Positions 49,611 through 60,779 of a stretch of 64,000 nucleotides of DNA are shown here, piece by piece. The stretch's first letter is position 1; every line of letters starts with the position of its first letter. The notes below the pieces were generated by a model. The model was not told the origin of the DNA. It worked only from the letters and a program-made list of their open reading frames with translations, and made no database searches. This DNA comes from Desulfatiglandales bacterium (GTDB lineage Bacteria > Desulfobacterota > DSM-4660 > Desulfatiglandales > HGW-15). The DNA is taken from contig CAXXJJ010000001.1 in assembly GCA_963667015.2 (NCBI GenBank), forward strand, positions 736,001 through 800,000, given 5' to 3'. The position numbers and the translations under genes were made by a program.

Positions 49611-51257
49611 ATGGGTAAAATCAATGAGCAGCACCTGCTCGATGAAATTCGATTCGATATAAAACAGAAGGATATTATTAAGGCAAGACTTGTCCTGGCT
49701 GAGCTTGACGGTGTTGGCGCTGAAACGCAAAAAAAGGTTCTTTTTGAAGTGAGTCGGGCCGAGGATGATTTTTCCATACCTTTGCTTGCAGGTGTAATTG
49801 CCAATAACATGGCGCTTGTAGAGACCTTCCCGCAGATCAAGGAAACAATGGTATCAAAAATCCTTGACAGCCCTGATGTGTTTATTGCTCTGCTCGCTGG
49901 TGGAAATGAGGCAAAGGCCAGGCTGATACTGATTGAAGCTGCCGGTGAAATACAGCTTAAAAAATCGGGTTCTATCCTGCTTGACATACTTAAGGAAGAA
50001 AAGGATCTGGTGATAATCAGGTCTGTTATCGAGGCACTGGGGATGATAGCTGATCCGGCTGCGGTCGAGGCTGTCAGTGAGTATCTCTATTCCAGCTCAC
50101 GGGACGTTATTGTAGCCGCAGTAAACGCCCTCGGACGAATTGGAAACGCTGCATCGGTTGACAAGTTATACGACAGGCTTGGAGGGGAGACAGATCTGGA
50201 CCTGCTGATACTTAATACAATATCCGGTTTTCAGATAAATGAGGCATATGAAAGGCTGAATGATATCCTTAGCTCGGAGTTTGTCCATTTAAGAACCGCT
50301 GCAAAGAAAAAACTTGTTGAGATCGGCTCAATGAGTGTCAGGTACATGATAAAGAATCTGACACACAAAGTGCCTGATATAGTCATACATTCACTGAACG
50401 TGATCGGTGACCTGGGCGACGCTTCAGCCATCGCGCCTATAAGAAAACTGCTCTTTAATGAGCCTGAAGATCCCAATATCAGGTTTGCCGCCTATGAGGC
50501 GCTTGGAAGGCTGCCTCTTGACAAAGGGGCATTTGCCCTGGCAACGGGCCTGGAAGACCCTGTGGATAATGTTAAGGTCGCGGCAGCAAAGGCTATCGAA
50601 AAAAATTATAATGCGGTTCTTTCCGGTGGTATCAGGAACATGATAAAATCCGGTGATGTCCATGCCCTTAAAATAATAACAACATTAATAGATGCCCAGT
50701 GCGAGAATGTCTTTCTTGATCTCCTGGAGGATGATTTTTTTAGAAACCCGGCAATGCAGTACCTCACCAAGAAGGCCCACCCTGATGTAAAGACATGTTT
50801 TTCAAAACTTCTTCTGGAGTCAGGTTATGAAGATCTTGCCGCGAAAATAGCCCCTGACATGGAAAAGAAGGGAAAAGGCAAACTCAAGGTATTTGCCGTG
50901 GATGACTCAAGGATGATACTTAACATCTACAGAACTGTCCTTTATAACCTTGGATGCGAGGCGCTCCTTTTTGAATTTCCGGCAAGTGCTATTGAATCTG
51001 TTCAAAAGGAAAAACCGGATATAATACTTACCGATCTTAACATGCCGGATATAACAGGTATTGACCTGACCAGGGCGATAAGAAAGAGATACAGCAAGGA
51101 AAAATTACCTATTGTCATGGTCACTACACAGGATGAAAGCAAAGACTATGGCTCAGCCCAGGAAGCAGGGATAAATGATATAATGAGGAAACCCTTTACA
51201 GAGGGGCAGGTCGGGGAGATGCTTAAAAAAATTACAGGGTATAAGATTCCTTCCTGA
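49611..51257 (+). CDS. HEAT-repeat protein with C-terminal receiver domain
   Basis: HEAT repeats (AAVNALGRIG, AAYEALGRL); REC (AVDDS, LTDLNMP, VTTQ, KPF). Confidence 0.88.
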   Translation: MGKINEQHLLDEIRFDIKQKDIIKARLVLAELDGVGAETQKKVLFEVSRAEDDFSIPLLAGVIANNMALVETFPQIKETMVSKILDSPDVFIALLAGGNEAKARLILIEAAGEIQLKKSGSILLDILKEEKDLVIIRSVIEALGMIADPAAVEAVSEYLYSSSRDVIVAAVNALGRIGNAASVDKLYDRLGGETDLDLLILNTISGFQINEAYERLNDILSSEFVHLRTAAKKKLVEIGSMSVRYMIKNLTHKVPDIVIHSLNVIGDLGDASAIAPIRKLLFNEPEDPNIRFAAYEALGRLPLDKGAFALATGLEDPVDNVKVAAAKAIEKNYNAVLSGGIRNMIKSGDVHALKIITTLIDAQCENVFLDLLEDDFFRNPAMQYLTKKAHPDVKTCFSKLLLESGYEDLAAKIAPDMEKKGKGKLKVFAVDDSRMILNIYRTVLYNLGCEALLFEFPASAIESVQKEKPDIILTDLNMPDITGIDLTRAIRKRYSKEKLPIVMVTTQDESKDYGSAQEAGINDIMRKPFTEGQVGEMLKKITGYKIPS

Positions 51258-51271
51258 TCGGGGTGCTTAAT

Positions 51272-52234
51272 TTATTGAACCGGTCTTGAAGGCACATACT
51301 GAATCTTAAACTGGACCGGGACCACTTTTTTCAGGCCGATCCTCGCCAGGTATTTATAGGCCTCCCTTAAATCAAGTGTTATCTTGGTCTCATTTGCTTC
51401 GTTGTGATATTCGAAATCCTTGAATACCCGGTGTGTCCGATAACCTTTTACTGCCCTTCTTTTTACCATCTTGGGATAGATCATTACCACCTTTATTTCT
51501 GTGCCGGGTTTAGGTTCCACCGGGAGATGAATGCTGAAATGAGAGAATCCTCCCATTTCATGCATCTTTAGTGTCTTGTATATGGTATGCCAGTTATCTT
51601 CGACCATTGGCGTTAGAAATGCCTCGGAGATCCTGACGTAGTCTTCAAGATAAAAAATGCCGTATGGTTTTTCTTCCGAGATGCTGCGGATGAACACATC
51701 AGCCCTTTTAAAGGAACCCCGTAATTCTTCAGGTATTATTTCGTGCATGAAGCTGCTGTCAATCACTATCCCGCTGGGCCTTGCCATGTCCATAAGGCGT
51801 GATGCAAGGTTTAGGAGGTGACCCGAATAATCGATTATCTCATCCTCTGTATAGAGGCAGCATACCGTGCCTCTTGCAATGCCGAAACCGATGTTTTCGG
51901 GGGTCTTGAAGTTTATCATGGGGTCTCCTGCGCATATTTCGGGAAACTCCACAAGGCACTGGAGGCAGTTGCTTATGACATAATCGGAAACTTCCTGAAG
52001 GTTTGATTCGGAATAGGGGAATGTCATCAGGAGTCCGTCACCTTTTGTCTTGAAAAAGCCTGCCTTTGCAAAATAATCGTCCATCAGTCTCATGTAAAAT
52101 CTTTTTATGAACATGGCAATGTCTGTGGATTCGTGGTTTTTACAGAATGTGGAAAAGCCCCGTACATCGGCAACGACGGCGATCACAAATTCAGATTTTC
52201 CCTGGGCCTCGGCCAGCTGGTCTCTTAAGGACAT
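51272..52234 (-). CDS. Class III nucleotide (probably adenylate) cyclase with unknown C-terminal domain
   Basis: VADVRGFS, KTKGDGLL, GFGIARG, DYSGHLLNLASRL. Confidence 0.8.
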   Translation of the reverse strand: MSLRDQLAEAQGKSEFVIAVVADVRGFSTFCKNHESTDIAMFIKRFYMRLMDDYFAKAGFFKTKGDGLLMTFPYSESNLQEVSDYVISNCLQCLVEFPEICAGDPMINFKTPENIGFGIARGTVCCLYTEDEIIDYSGHLLNLASRLMDMARPSGIVIDSSFMHEIIPEELRGSFKRADVFIRSISEEKPYGIFYLEDYVRISEAFLTPMVEDNWHTIYKTLKMHEMGGFSHFSIHLPVEPKPGTEIKVVMIYPKMVKRRAVKGYRTHRVFKDFEYHNEANETKITLDLREAYKYLARIGLKKVVPVQFKIQYVPSRPVQ

Positions 52235-52435
52235 AATATCTCCTGTTGATACGAGAAGTTAAAATATCTAATTTTACTGTCCAAAAATAATGCCATTAAT
52301 ATTATTTAATGTAAAATTTAAAATTGATTTGAACCCCTGTTTTTAAATGAAAAAGATGGGGCTTGATTTGGAACAGGAGATTATGCGATTATTAATAGCT
52401 TATAGTTTTGCGAGATCAACCCAGGAGCTAAATTT

Positions 52436-54133
52436 ATGTCAGAAGAAACAACAAAATTACCGACTAATTTTATTAGAGATGCAATAAATGAAGATATTGA
52501 GAGCAAGAGGTTTGAAAAACCTGTCCATACCCGGTTTCCTCCCGAGCCGAACGGATTTCTGCATATCGGGCACGCAAAGGGTATATGCATCAGCTACGGG
52601 CTGGCAGAAGAATTCGGCGGTCTTTATAACCTTCGTTTTGATGATACCAACCCTGTAAAAGAAGAAGAACGATATGTCGACAGCCAGATGGCTGACATCC
52701 GGTGGCTGGGGTTTGACTGGGGCGACAGGCTTTATTATGCCTCTGATTATTTCGAGCAGTTGTATGAATGGGCAGTTCAACTGATAAAGGACGGCAAGGC
52801 CTATGTCGATCACCTGAGTCCAGATGAAATAAGGGAGTTCCGAGGGACATTGACCGAACCCGGGAAAAATAGCCCATACAGAGACCGTTCGGTCGAGGAA
52901 AACCTGGACCTCTTCAGTCGTATGCGCGACGGTGAGTTCAAAGAGGGTACATGTGTGCTTCGCGCAAAAATAGATATGGCCTCGGGCAATATCAATATGC
53001 GTGATCCTGTCATGTACCGGATATTGCACGCATCCCACCACCGCACAGGGGACAAATGGTGCATATACCCCATGTACGACTGGACACACGGGCAGAGTGA
53101 TTCGATCGAAGGAATTACACATTCTATCTGCGACCTTGGGTATGAAGACCACAGGCCCCTGTATGACTGGTTTCTGGATCAGCTGGGGATATACCACCCG
53201 AGACAGATAGAATATGCTAGGCTGAACCTCAGCTACACGGTATTAAGCAAACGATGGCTGATGAAGCTTGTAAATGAGGGTCATGTCAGCGGGTGGAATG
53301 ATCCAAGGATGCCTACCCTCTCGGGACTCAGGCGAAGGGGCTATACCTCCGAATCAATAAGAAAATTTATTGAACGGATAGGTGTCGCAAAAAGGGAAAG
53401 CATGGTCGATATTGCACTCCTGGATCATTGTGTCCGGGAGGACCTGAATAAAAAGGCTCCAAGGGTAATGGCGGTCATTCGCCCCCTGAAGGTGATAATA
53501 GAGAATTATCCCGAAGGAGAGACCGAGGAGCTTGACGCGGTCAATAATCCTGAAGATCCTTCCATGGGAACAAGAAAGGTTCCCTTTTCAAAGGTGTTGT
53601 ATATTGAGAGGGATGATTTTATGGAGGATCCGCCTAAAAAATTCTATCGCCTTGGCCCCGGACGGGAGGTCAGGCTGCGTTATGCCTACTTTATAACCTG
53701 CGTTGACGTTGTTAAAGACCCTGATACAGGAGAGATCCTGGAGCTGCACTGCACATATGATCCCGAGACAAAGGGTGGAGATGCACCTGACGGAAGAAAG
53801 GTCAAGGCAACACTTCACTGGGTTTCCGCCGAACACGCCATTGAGGCAAAAGTAAGGCTCTATGATCATCTTTTTACAAAGGAAGATCCCATGGATGTAG
53901 AGGAGGGCGGAGATTTTACAGAATCATTAAATCCGGACAGCCTGGAGGAACTTGCTTCATGCAGGCTTGAGCCATGCCTTGAATCAGCTAAAGAGGGCAC
54001 AGGGTACCAGTTTGAAAGACTGGGCTATTTCTGCATTGATGCAGAGGATTCCGTGCCCGGTGCACCGGTATTTAACAGGACTGTCAACCTGAGGGATACC
54101 TGGGGCAAGATTCAAAAGTCGCAGAAAAAGTGA
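52436..54133 (+). CDS. glnS: Glutaminyl-tRNA synthetase
   Basis: [55 protein letters not shown]. Confidence 0.97.
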   Translation: MSEETTKLPTNFIRDAINEDIESKRFEKPVHTRFPPEPNGFLHIGHAKGICISYGLAEEFGGLYNLRFDDTNPVKEEERYVDSQMADIRWLGFDWGDRLYYASDYFEQLYEWAVQLIKDGKAYVDHLSPDEIREFRGTLTEPGKNSPYRDRSVEENLDLFSRMRDGEFKEGTCVLRAKIDMASGNINMRDPVMYRILHASHHRTGDKWCIYPMYDWTHGQSDSIEGITHSICDLGYEDHRPLYDWFLDQLGIYHPRQIEYARLNLSYTVLSKRWLMKLVNEGHVSGWNDPRMPTLSGLRRRGYTSESIRKFIERIGVAKRESMVDIALLDHCVREDLNKKAPRVMAVIRPLKVIIENYPEGETEELDAVNNPEDPSMGTRKVPFSKVLYIERDDFMEDPPKKFYRLGPGREVRLRYAYFITCVDVVKDPDTGEILELHCTYDPETKGGDAPDGRKVKATLHWVSAEHAIEAKVRLYDHLFTKEDPMDVEEGGDFTESLNPDSLEELASCRLEPCLESAKEGTGYQFERLGYFCIDAEDSVPGAPVFNRTVNLRDTWGKIQKSQKK

Positions 54134-54152
54134 TGCAGGGATTGAGTCAATA

Positions 54153-54587
54153 ATGAATGAAAATAAAATAAAGCCGCATATCGATCCACCGGGTAAAGTC
54201 CCGGCAGAGGCAGTGTTGAGGCATAAAAACATATGGCAATCAATCGCCTATATTATTATACTTGCCATCATAGTGCTTTCTCTTATGCCGAATCCTGACA
54301 GGCTGACCCCTTTTTCTGCCTCTGACAAGCTTATGCATACGCTTGCCTATGCTGTTGCCATGCTCTGGTTCGGTTTATGCTTCAATCGTAATAAATTATT
54401 TATCATAGGCGGCGGCCTGGTTCTCCTGGGGATTGTCCTTGAATTTATACAGGGACAGACAGGGTATCGTACCATGAGCCTCAATGATATAATTGCCAAT
54501 TGTGTCGGTGTATTTGCAGGGTTGCTGATTTCCTTTTCCCCGCTTTCAAGGTCGCTTCAATATATAGAACAGAGATTGCTTAGATAA
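54153..54587 (+). CDS. VanZ-family membrane protein
   Basis: DKLMHTLAY, LEFIQG...R..SLNDIIANCVG. Confidence 0.85.
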   Translation: MNENKIKPHIDPPGKVPAEAVLRHKNIWQSIAYIIILAIIVLSLMPNPDRLTPFSASDKLMHTLAYAVAMLWFGLCFNRNKLFIIGGGLVLLGIVLEFIQGQTGYRTMSLNDIIANCVGVFAGLLISFSPLSRSLQYIEQRLLR

Positions 54588-54595
54588 GAGGTAAT

Positions 54596-55930
54596 ATGTC
54601 ATTTTCGCTCAGAGATATTATTCGTTTCCTGAATGAGGATGTCTGGAAGGTAAGCCTTAAGGATCTTTCTGCTAGAAAATCTATCTTAATTAAAAATCTC
54701 AGGATAATTCTCCTTGCCCTCAAGGGATTCAATGAAGACAAATGTGTCCTGAGGGCACAGGCACTTACCTTCTATTCACTTTTATCCCTTGTTCCCCTGG
54801 TAGCCTTTGTCTTTGGTATTGCCAAGGGGTTCGATATGCAGAAAGTTTTAGAGGACCAGCTTGCAAAAAGCCTGCAGGGACAGGATCAGGTAGTATCATT
54901 TATCATCGATGCCGCGGAGAAACAGCTTTTGCAGGCAAAGGGCGGGCTTATCGCAGGAATCGGTATAATCGTACTCCTTTATACTGTTTTCAAACTTATG
55001 CAGAGTATAGAAAGATCATTTAACGAAATATGGGGAGCGCCCCATTCAAGGAGCTTCGGGCGTAAATTCAGCGACTACCTGACGGTTCTTTTTGTGGCTC
55101 CGATTCTTTTTATACTTTCCAGCGGGGTAACGGTTTTTGTTAAAACCTCTATCACTCCAATTATGTCCAGGGTAATGCTGTTAGGCCCCTTTATCAGCAA
55201 GCTGATCTTTTTGTCTCTAAAACTGTCACCCTTTTTTGTTTTCTGGCTCCTTTTAAACTTCCTCTACATCTTTATGCCCAACACAAGGGTAAGGTTTCGA
55301 TCCGCGTTTATGGGAGGAATTGTCGCCGGTACTATATATGTCATCTGGCAGACCCTTTATATAACCCTGCAGATAGGTTTCGCAAAGGCCGGGGCAATCT
55401 ACGGAAGCCTTGCAGCACTTCCCCTTTTTATGTTCTGGCTGCAGGTAAGCTGGCTGATCGTGCTGTTCGGCACAGAGATAGCCTTTGCACATCAGAATGT
55501 TGACACATATGAAATGGAACCGCTATCTGAAACTGTAAGCATTTCACTTAAAAAAATACTTTCATTAAGGATTGCAAATATATGCGTTAAGAATTTCGTC
55601 AGGGGGGAAAATCCCTGGTCAGCCCAGATGATTGCAGAATTTCTCGAACTGCCCGTAAGGCTGACAAATATACTTCTGTCGGATCTGGTTAAATGTCATG
55701 TCCTTTCCGAAACGGGCGGCAAAGATGAAAAGATAAGTTATTATCAGCCGGCAAGGGATGTAAATGCCCTCACCATCCATTATGTTGCCAGCTCCCTTGA
55801 GAAGCTGGGTGATGATGAAAATATCTCATTCGCGGAATCGGAAGAGATAGAAAAGATTAAGAAGTGTTATGAGAAACTTGATAATATTTACAGTGAATCC
55901 GATGCGAATATTCTTCTCAAGGATATCTAG
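54596..55930 (+). CDS. YihY / virulence factor BrkB family membrane protein with C-terminal HTH-like extension
   Basis: AQALTFYSLLSLVP, IERSFNEIW, LYIFMPNTRV, IYGSLAALPLFMFWLQVSWLIVLFG. Confidence 0.9.
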   Translation: MSFSLRDIIRFLNEDVWKVSLKDLSARKSILIKNLRIILLALKGFNEDKCVLRAQALTFYSLLSLVPLVAFVFGIAKGFDMQKVLEDQLAKSLQGQDQVVSFIIDAAEKQLLQAKGGLIAGIGIIVLLYTVFKLMQSIERSFNEIWGAPHSRSFGRKFSDYLTVLFVAPILFILSSGVTVFVKTSITPIMSRVMLLGPFISKLIFLSLKLSPFFVFWLLLNFLYIFMPNTRVRFRSAFMGGIVAGTIYVIWQTLYITLQIGFAKAGAIYGSLAALPLFMFWLQVSWLIVLFGTEIAFAHQNVDTYEMEPLSETVSISLKKILSLRIANICVKNFVRGENPWSAQMIAEFLELPVRLTNILLSDLVKCHVLSETGGKDEKISYYQPARDVNALTIHYVASSLEKLGDDENISFAESEEIEKIKKCYEKLDNIYSESDANILLKDI

Positions 55931-55933
55931 CCA

Positions 55934-56749
55934 ATGAGTCCTTTTAATCTTCCGGATAAGCACAGAATCACCCTCCGGTCCGAAACAGAGGAAGTCATGG
56001 TTGCAGGGATTTCCGATGTGGGCTGCCTGAGAGAATTAAATGAAGATCAGATATGGATACATGATTCGGGTAAGGTCCTTTTGCTTGCTGATGGCATGGG
56101 CGGGCATGACAGAGGAGCCGATGCAAGCCGTATTGCCCTCGAGACACTGAGCGGTCTGCTCCTGCCTGAAAAAATTAACACCCAGCTTGACGACATAACC
56201 CTTCCGGAGGGTATCTCTGCAGACGTAGCCCCTGTATTTGCGATAATACACCGGGCAGTCAAAGAAGCGGCAGAGGTAATGGCCGAGCGGAACTACGAAT
56301 TGAATCTCTCAAGGTATATGGGGACAACCATTGCCGGGTTTGTACTTACAGGAAATAACCATGTGTGCTGGTTTCATGTAGGGGACAGCCGTGTGTATCG
56401 GTTACGAGACGGTATGCTGACCTGCCTTACCGTTGACCATTCTCTCTATGCGGAATGGGAAAAGGCCGGCTCGCTGGGGATAGCCCCTGCAAGGCACCTG
56501 GTCACGAGGGTGCTCGGGAATAATCCCGAGGTTGAAGCCGATATTTCCTGTGATGAAAGAAAAAAGGGAGATATCTATCTTCTATGCAGCGACGGCCTGA
56601 ATGATATGATGTCTGACAGGGATATCGAGGAGGTATTGAAGGGAGAGAAGGATGTCCCGGAGCTGGCGGAAATGCTTGTAAATGAGGCCCTGTCTGCGGG
56701 GGGCACAGACAACGTCAGTGTAATTCTCTGTAAGATATTAAAAGCCTAA
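55934..56749 (+). CDS. PP2C-family Ser/Thr protein phosphatase
   Basis: R..NED, ADGMGGH, MGTT, HVGDSRVY, DHS, LCSDGL, GGTDNVS. Confidence 0.93.
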   Translation: MSPFNLPDKHRITLRSETEEVMVAGISDVGCLRELNEDQIWIHDSGKVLLLADGMGGHDRGADASRIALETLSGLLLPEKINTQLDDITLPEGISADVAPVFAIIHRAVKEAAEVMAERNYELNLSRYMGTTIAGFVLTGNNHVCWFHVGDSRVYRLRDGMLTCLTVDHSLYAEWEKAGSLGIAPARHLVTRVLGNNPEVEADISCDERKKGDIYLLCSDGLNDMMSDRDIEEVLKGEKDVPELAEMLVNEALSAGGTDNVSVILCKILKA

Positions 56750-57216
56750 ATAATCCCGCTTTTGCTCGATAGCTCTTCAAGTCTCTTTACATGTTTTTTT
56801 TCTTCCCTGATAATCCTGTCGATACCGGCAAGGACCTTTCCGTCATCAATAAAATCCTTTATCATCTCATAAAACAGTATGGTGTCCTTTTCAAACTCAA
56901 GAGATATCTCAAAAAGGGTTTCAATATCTTTTATCCTTGAAAAATCGGCATCGGCCATAGAAAAGGTCTGCTCTCCCAGTACAGTGTTAAGTATTTCCCT
57001 GCCCATCTCCTCTAGTTTCGGGTCCTCGATTTTTTCATCTATCTCCCTTTTCATATTGATAAACCATTTTTCATGATCTTTCTCGTCATTCGCAAGCCAT
57101 TCCAGTATTGATGCCAGTTCCCGGCTCTTTACCTCTTGTTGGGCCTTCCGATATGACCTTTCCCCGTTTTTTTCTACTTGTATCGCGAGATCGATTATTT
57201 CACCGAGACTGAACAT
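56746..57216 (-). CDS. Ferritin-like / rubrerythrin-domain protein
   Basis: AIQVEKNG..Y, DEKDH, FEKDTILFY, EEKKH. Confidence 0.88.
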   Translation of the reverse strand: MFSLGEIIDLAIQVEKNGERSYRKAQQEVKSRELASILEWLANDEKDHEKWFINMKREIDEKIEDPKLEEMGREILNTVLGEQTFSMADADFSRIKDIETLFEISLEFEKDTILFYEMIKDFIDDGKVLAGIDRIIREEKKHVKRLEELSSKSGII

Positions 57217-57227
57217 TGTATTTGCCC

Positions 57228-58604
57228 TCAGTTCATTGATATGTTCTGTATTTCATCTTCACAGGGCAGGTGAAAGATCTGCCTGGGAATTGTTTCAATT
57301 ACATTTGAAAATCTTCCGGTCTCTATCCCGAGGGTATGGAGACTTTTTTTCAGGTGATCGGTATCGAGCCTTTCAAGCTCCTGGCCCACAAGAAACCTGG
57401 ACATGAGCAGGTCAGCAAGGTAAACGATGCTTACCAGCACCTTGTCTGAATCGGCATTATCAGGATTATGATGGTTTTTTATTGCATCAATCAGAGAATC
57501 ATGCAGTGACCATTGTTCGGCAAGCATTGCACCTATGTCATCGTGTGTAATGCCGAATGTTTCCCTTTCCGCCGTAAAAAGATTTTCATTGCCTATCTGA
57601 GTCTTCCTGTAAAAAAACGGGTATGCCCGGTCCATGTGCTGATCAAGAACAACTTTGCCTATATCATGGAGGAGGCCGGCAGTATATGCCGTATCAGACG
57701 GAACGCATTGTGTTATCCGGGCAAGTTTTTCACTTATGAGCGCGGTTCCCAGGGCGTGATTATAAAGACCTCCCTTGCACTGGGAATATCCCTTACTTTT
57801 ACCCCTGAAAAAGTCTTCAAATGCCGCTGACATCACAACCTGGAGCAGCTGTTTTTCCCCCAGCAATACCAGGACCCTGTCAATGGAGTCGGCCTTGATC
57901 CGTTTATTGAAAAATGCCGAATTGCAGAGCTTGAGCAGTTTTGCAGATATTACCTGGTCCTGTTTTACCTCTTCGGCAATGTCCTGAAGGCTGCATCTTC
58001 CTTCCCGCAGCATTCTAAGGATCTTGAAGACAATCTGGGGGATTGAACGAACCCTGCTGATGGCTTCCCTGAGCTGGCCTGCATCAGGTCTTTCGATTTC
58101 CGCATCAGGGATGTCCGGGGCCTCATAGATAGGATGGATATCGGTTTCCATGGTTCCCAGGTTAAGACTTAAACGGCAGCTGAAATATCCCCCTGTCTCT
58201 CTCCTTATAACAGATATTCCGGCATTACGGAGAATCCTCTCCGTTATGTCGACGGTCCTTCCTCCTATATCGAGGTCCATATCCGTTTCAGAGATATCTC
58301 CGACAATTGCCCCTCCTGCAATTGTTGCTTCGAGCTGGGAGATCCCCGAGCCCCTGTCACACATCTCCTTTATAAAGAGCGGAAGCCCTGTAAGGGCATA
58401 ATTACCCGGATTTCCCAGGTGATCGCTTCCATTGGGTTCCGGCAGGAGCATGTGTATGAGTCCGCCCACCTTTGCCTTTTTATCCCGCAGTGTCATGCCT
58501 ACACATGTCCCGAGGTAGGCATTTAATATCTCGTTCCTGCTTTCACTTACCTTATATATCCCGGCTGGAACCGGGTATGCAGGAAATCTACTGTTCCTTG
58601 ACAT
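57228..58604 (-). CDS. CheD deamidase domain fused to HDOD domain
   Basis: YLGTCVG...GGLIHMLLP...IAGGA...DIGGR...ETGG, then HDOD (DQVISAKLLKLCNS, GLLHDIGK); start 58604 or 58628. Confidence 0.88.
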   Translation of the reverse strand: MSRNSRFPAYPVPAGIYKVSESRNEILNAYLGTCVGMTLRDKKAKVGGLIHMLLPEPNGSDHLGNPGNYALTGLPLFIKEMCDRGSGISQLEATIAGGAIVGDISETDMDLDIGGRTVDITERILRNAGISVIRRETGGYFSCRLSLNLGTMETDIHPIYEAPDIPDAEIERPDAGQLREAISRVRSIPQIVFKILRMLREGRCSLQDIAEEVKQDQVISAKLLKLCNSAFFNKRIKADSIDRVLVLLGEKQLLQVVMSAAFEDFFRGKSKGYSQCKGGLYNHALGTALISEKLARITQCVPSDTAYTAGLLHDIGKVVLDQHMDRAYPFFYRKTQIGNENLFTAERETFGITHDDIGAMLAEQWSLHDSLIDAIKNHHNPDNADSDKVLVSIVYLADLLMSRFLVGQELERLDTDHLKKSLHTLGIETGRFSNVIETIPRQIFHLPCEDEIQNISMN

Positions 58605-58667
58605 ATTACTTTTACTCCGTTCAGCCAATTCATTAAACTATAATTATAAAATTTTTGGTTATCAGAC

Positions 58668-60779
58668 TTATGATGAACTCAGTACATTTTTTACCGCCTT
58701 TAGCATTTTATTTAATTCATAGGGTTTGCTTATAAAATCCTTTGCACCCCATTCCTTTGCCTGCTGTGCTGTCTCCTGAACATTATATCCGCTTGCTACA
58801 ATGATTTTCGCCTCCGGCTTCATGGTAAGTATGGTCTCTACAAGTTTTTTACCGCCTATGCCTGGCATGATAAGGTCTGAGATTATCAGATCGATATTAT
58901 CATGGTTTTCCGAGTATAAATTGATGGCTGTTTCACAATCCGAGGCTGTGATTACCTTATAACCGAATTGTGACAGCAGCTCTTCTCCGACCTCCCTGGT
59001 TACCCTGTCATCTTCAACAAAGAGGATATTTTCACTGCCTCCTTCAGGGGTGGGTTCAACTACCGAGTTCAGATCCTTTTCCCTGGCATTCTTAAAGGCA
59101 GGAAAGTAAATCTTAAAGGATGTTCCCTTTCCGGGCCGGCTGCTGCATGTTATATAACCCCCATGGCTTCTTACAATACCATATACCATTGAAAGTCCAA
59201 GCCCGGTTCCCTCACCGACCTTCTTTGTCGTGAAAAAGGGCTCAAAAATATGTTCCAGCGTATCGCTGTCCATGCCTGTCCCGGTATCTGTTATTGTGAG
59301 CAGGGTATATTCACCCGGAACGACACCCGGAGTCCTGGCACAGGCTGCTTCATCGATAACTGCCGTTTCCGTTTTAAACTCCAGCTCTCCGCCGTCCGGC
59401 ATGGCATCCCTGGCGTTTATCCCCATGTTCATGAGTATCTGTTCAAGCTGGTTTGAATCTGCATTTATATGGCTGACTCCTATGTCCAGATTCAGCCTGA
59501 TCTCGATCATTTTCGGGATGGTGCGTTTGAGAATCTGTGATATCTGATCTATTTCATTATTCAGATTGACGGGCTGTGTCTCATTCTCCATCTTCCGGCC
59601 GAAGATGAGCAGTCTTTTTGTCAGCTTGCTTGCCCGCTGGATTGCCTTCTCAATGGTGGTCAGTTTGGAAAAATCCCGGTCCCCCTCTTTTTTGCCCAGC
59701 AGGAGCATTTCAGTACAACCGAAAATGGCCTGCAGGCTGTTGTTAAAGTCATGGGCAATACCGCCTGCAAGGGTTCCTATGGCCTCCATCTTCTGTGCCT
59801 GGATCAGTTGTGCCTCGAGCTGTTTTCTCTCGCTGATATCCCTTAGAAGATACAATATGCCGGCAGGGTTGCCCTCATGATCATCATACCTTGAAACGCT
59901 CAGGCTTACCTCCAGCAGGCGATGATCCTTTGTGTACCTTCTTGTCTCGATGTCCTGGCAGGCATTCCCTGATTTTACAATCTCCGATATCATGTAGTCA
60001 TGCTCGGCTTGAACAGTCCTGGGCATAAAAGGTATTTCCTGTCCCTGGATTTCATCAAGGGACCACCCGAAGACCTCTGTGAACGACGGGCTGACATAGC
60101 TGGTTTTCCCGTTCAGGTCTGATATGACGATGGCATCGGCAGAAGAATTGATAAGAGAACGATATACCTCCTCTGCCTTTTTTGATTCTTCATAGAGATT
60201 TTTGTAGTTTTTCTCGCTTCTGGCCAGGGCCTCAAGCATGTTTTTTCTTTCCCAGTAGGTGCCTATCATACCGGAAATAACGTGAAAGGTCTGCACCTCC
60301 TCACCCAGCCATTCTCTCGGATTCTCGATGTCTTCAAATGAGATTGCTCCGAAAAACGAGTTGGAAGGCGAGTTGATGGGCACTGCCAGTGTCGACCGGA
60401 TGTTTTTTGCCTTCAGGACGTTTTTTTCTTTTTCATTCTCCAGGGGCAGGGCAGCGACATCGGGGATCATGACGATATTTTCACGCCTGAGCCTTTTATA
60501 AAGCCATTTATAGAAGTGGCTGTCAGTGTCCTTTATTTCATGTTTTATCAGGATCGAGGCACTGCACCATTCATGTATCTCCATGATTTCATCAGTGTCG
60601 TCTTTGAAACATATGATTCTTGTGCAGCTTACAGAGGAGGCCTTGCCAATAATAGACAGGACCTCTTTCAGGTCAACGCTGTCAGAGGACAGAAATATCC
60701 TTGAAATTTTGGATACTGCCTTCTCGATAGCAAGTCGATCTTTTAACCATTCTTTCGTAAGGGCGCTTCCGGACAACAT
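58668..60779 (-). CDS. GAF-PAS hybrid histidine kinase with receiver domain
   Basis: GAF, PAS, QKMEAIGTLAGGIAHDFNN, NARDAM, GTGLGL, REC (VEDD, SDLIMP, KPY). Confidence 0.93.
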   Translation of the reverse strand: MLSGSALTKEWLKDRLAIEKAVSKISRIFLSSDSVDLKEVLSIIGKASSVSCTRIICFKDDTDEIMEIHEWCSASILIKHEIKDTDSHFYKWLYKRLRRENIVMIPDVAALPLENEKEKNVLKAKNIRSTLAVPINSPSNSFFGAISFEDIENPREWLGEEVQTFHVISGMIGTYWERKNMLEALARSEKNYKNLYEESKKAEEVYRSLINSSADAIVISDLNGKTSYVSPSFTEVFGWSLDEIQGQEIPFMPRTVQAEHDYMISEIVKSGNACQDIETRRYTKDHRLLEVSLSVSRYDDHEGNPAGILYLLRDISERKQLEAQLIQAQKMEAIGTLAGGIAHDFNNSLQAIFGCTEMLLLGKKEGDRDFSKLTTIEKAIQRASKLTKRLLIFGRKMENETQPVNLNNEIDQISQILKRTIPKMIEIRLNLDIGVSHINADSNQLEQILMNMGINARDAMPDGGELEFKTETAVIDEAACARTPGVVPGEYTLLTITDTGTGMDSDTLEHIFEPFFTTKKVGEGTGLGLSMVYGIVRSHGGYITCSSRPGKGTSFKIYFPAFKNAREKDLNSVVEPTPEGGSENILFVEDDRVTREVGEELLSQFGYKVITASDCETAINLYSENHDNIDLIISDLIMPGIGGKKLVETILTMKPEAKIIVASGYNVQETAQQAKEWGAKDFISKPYELNKMLKAVKNVLSSS

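Noticed and set aside
51272..52234. Pycsar/CBASS-type defence system
   Set aside because: No adjacent TIR or transmembrane cNMP-binding effector, and the specificity residues look adenylate-type.
52457..53197. 246-aa antisense ORF over glnS, and the many other shadow ORFs in the track
   Set aside because: They overlap well-supported genes on the opposite strand or in another frame and show no recognisable motifs.
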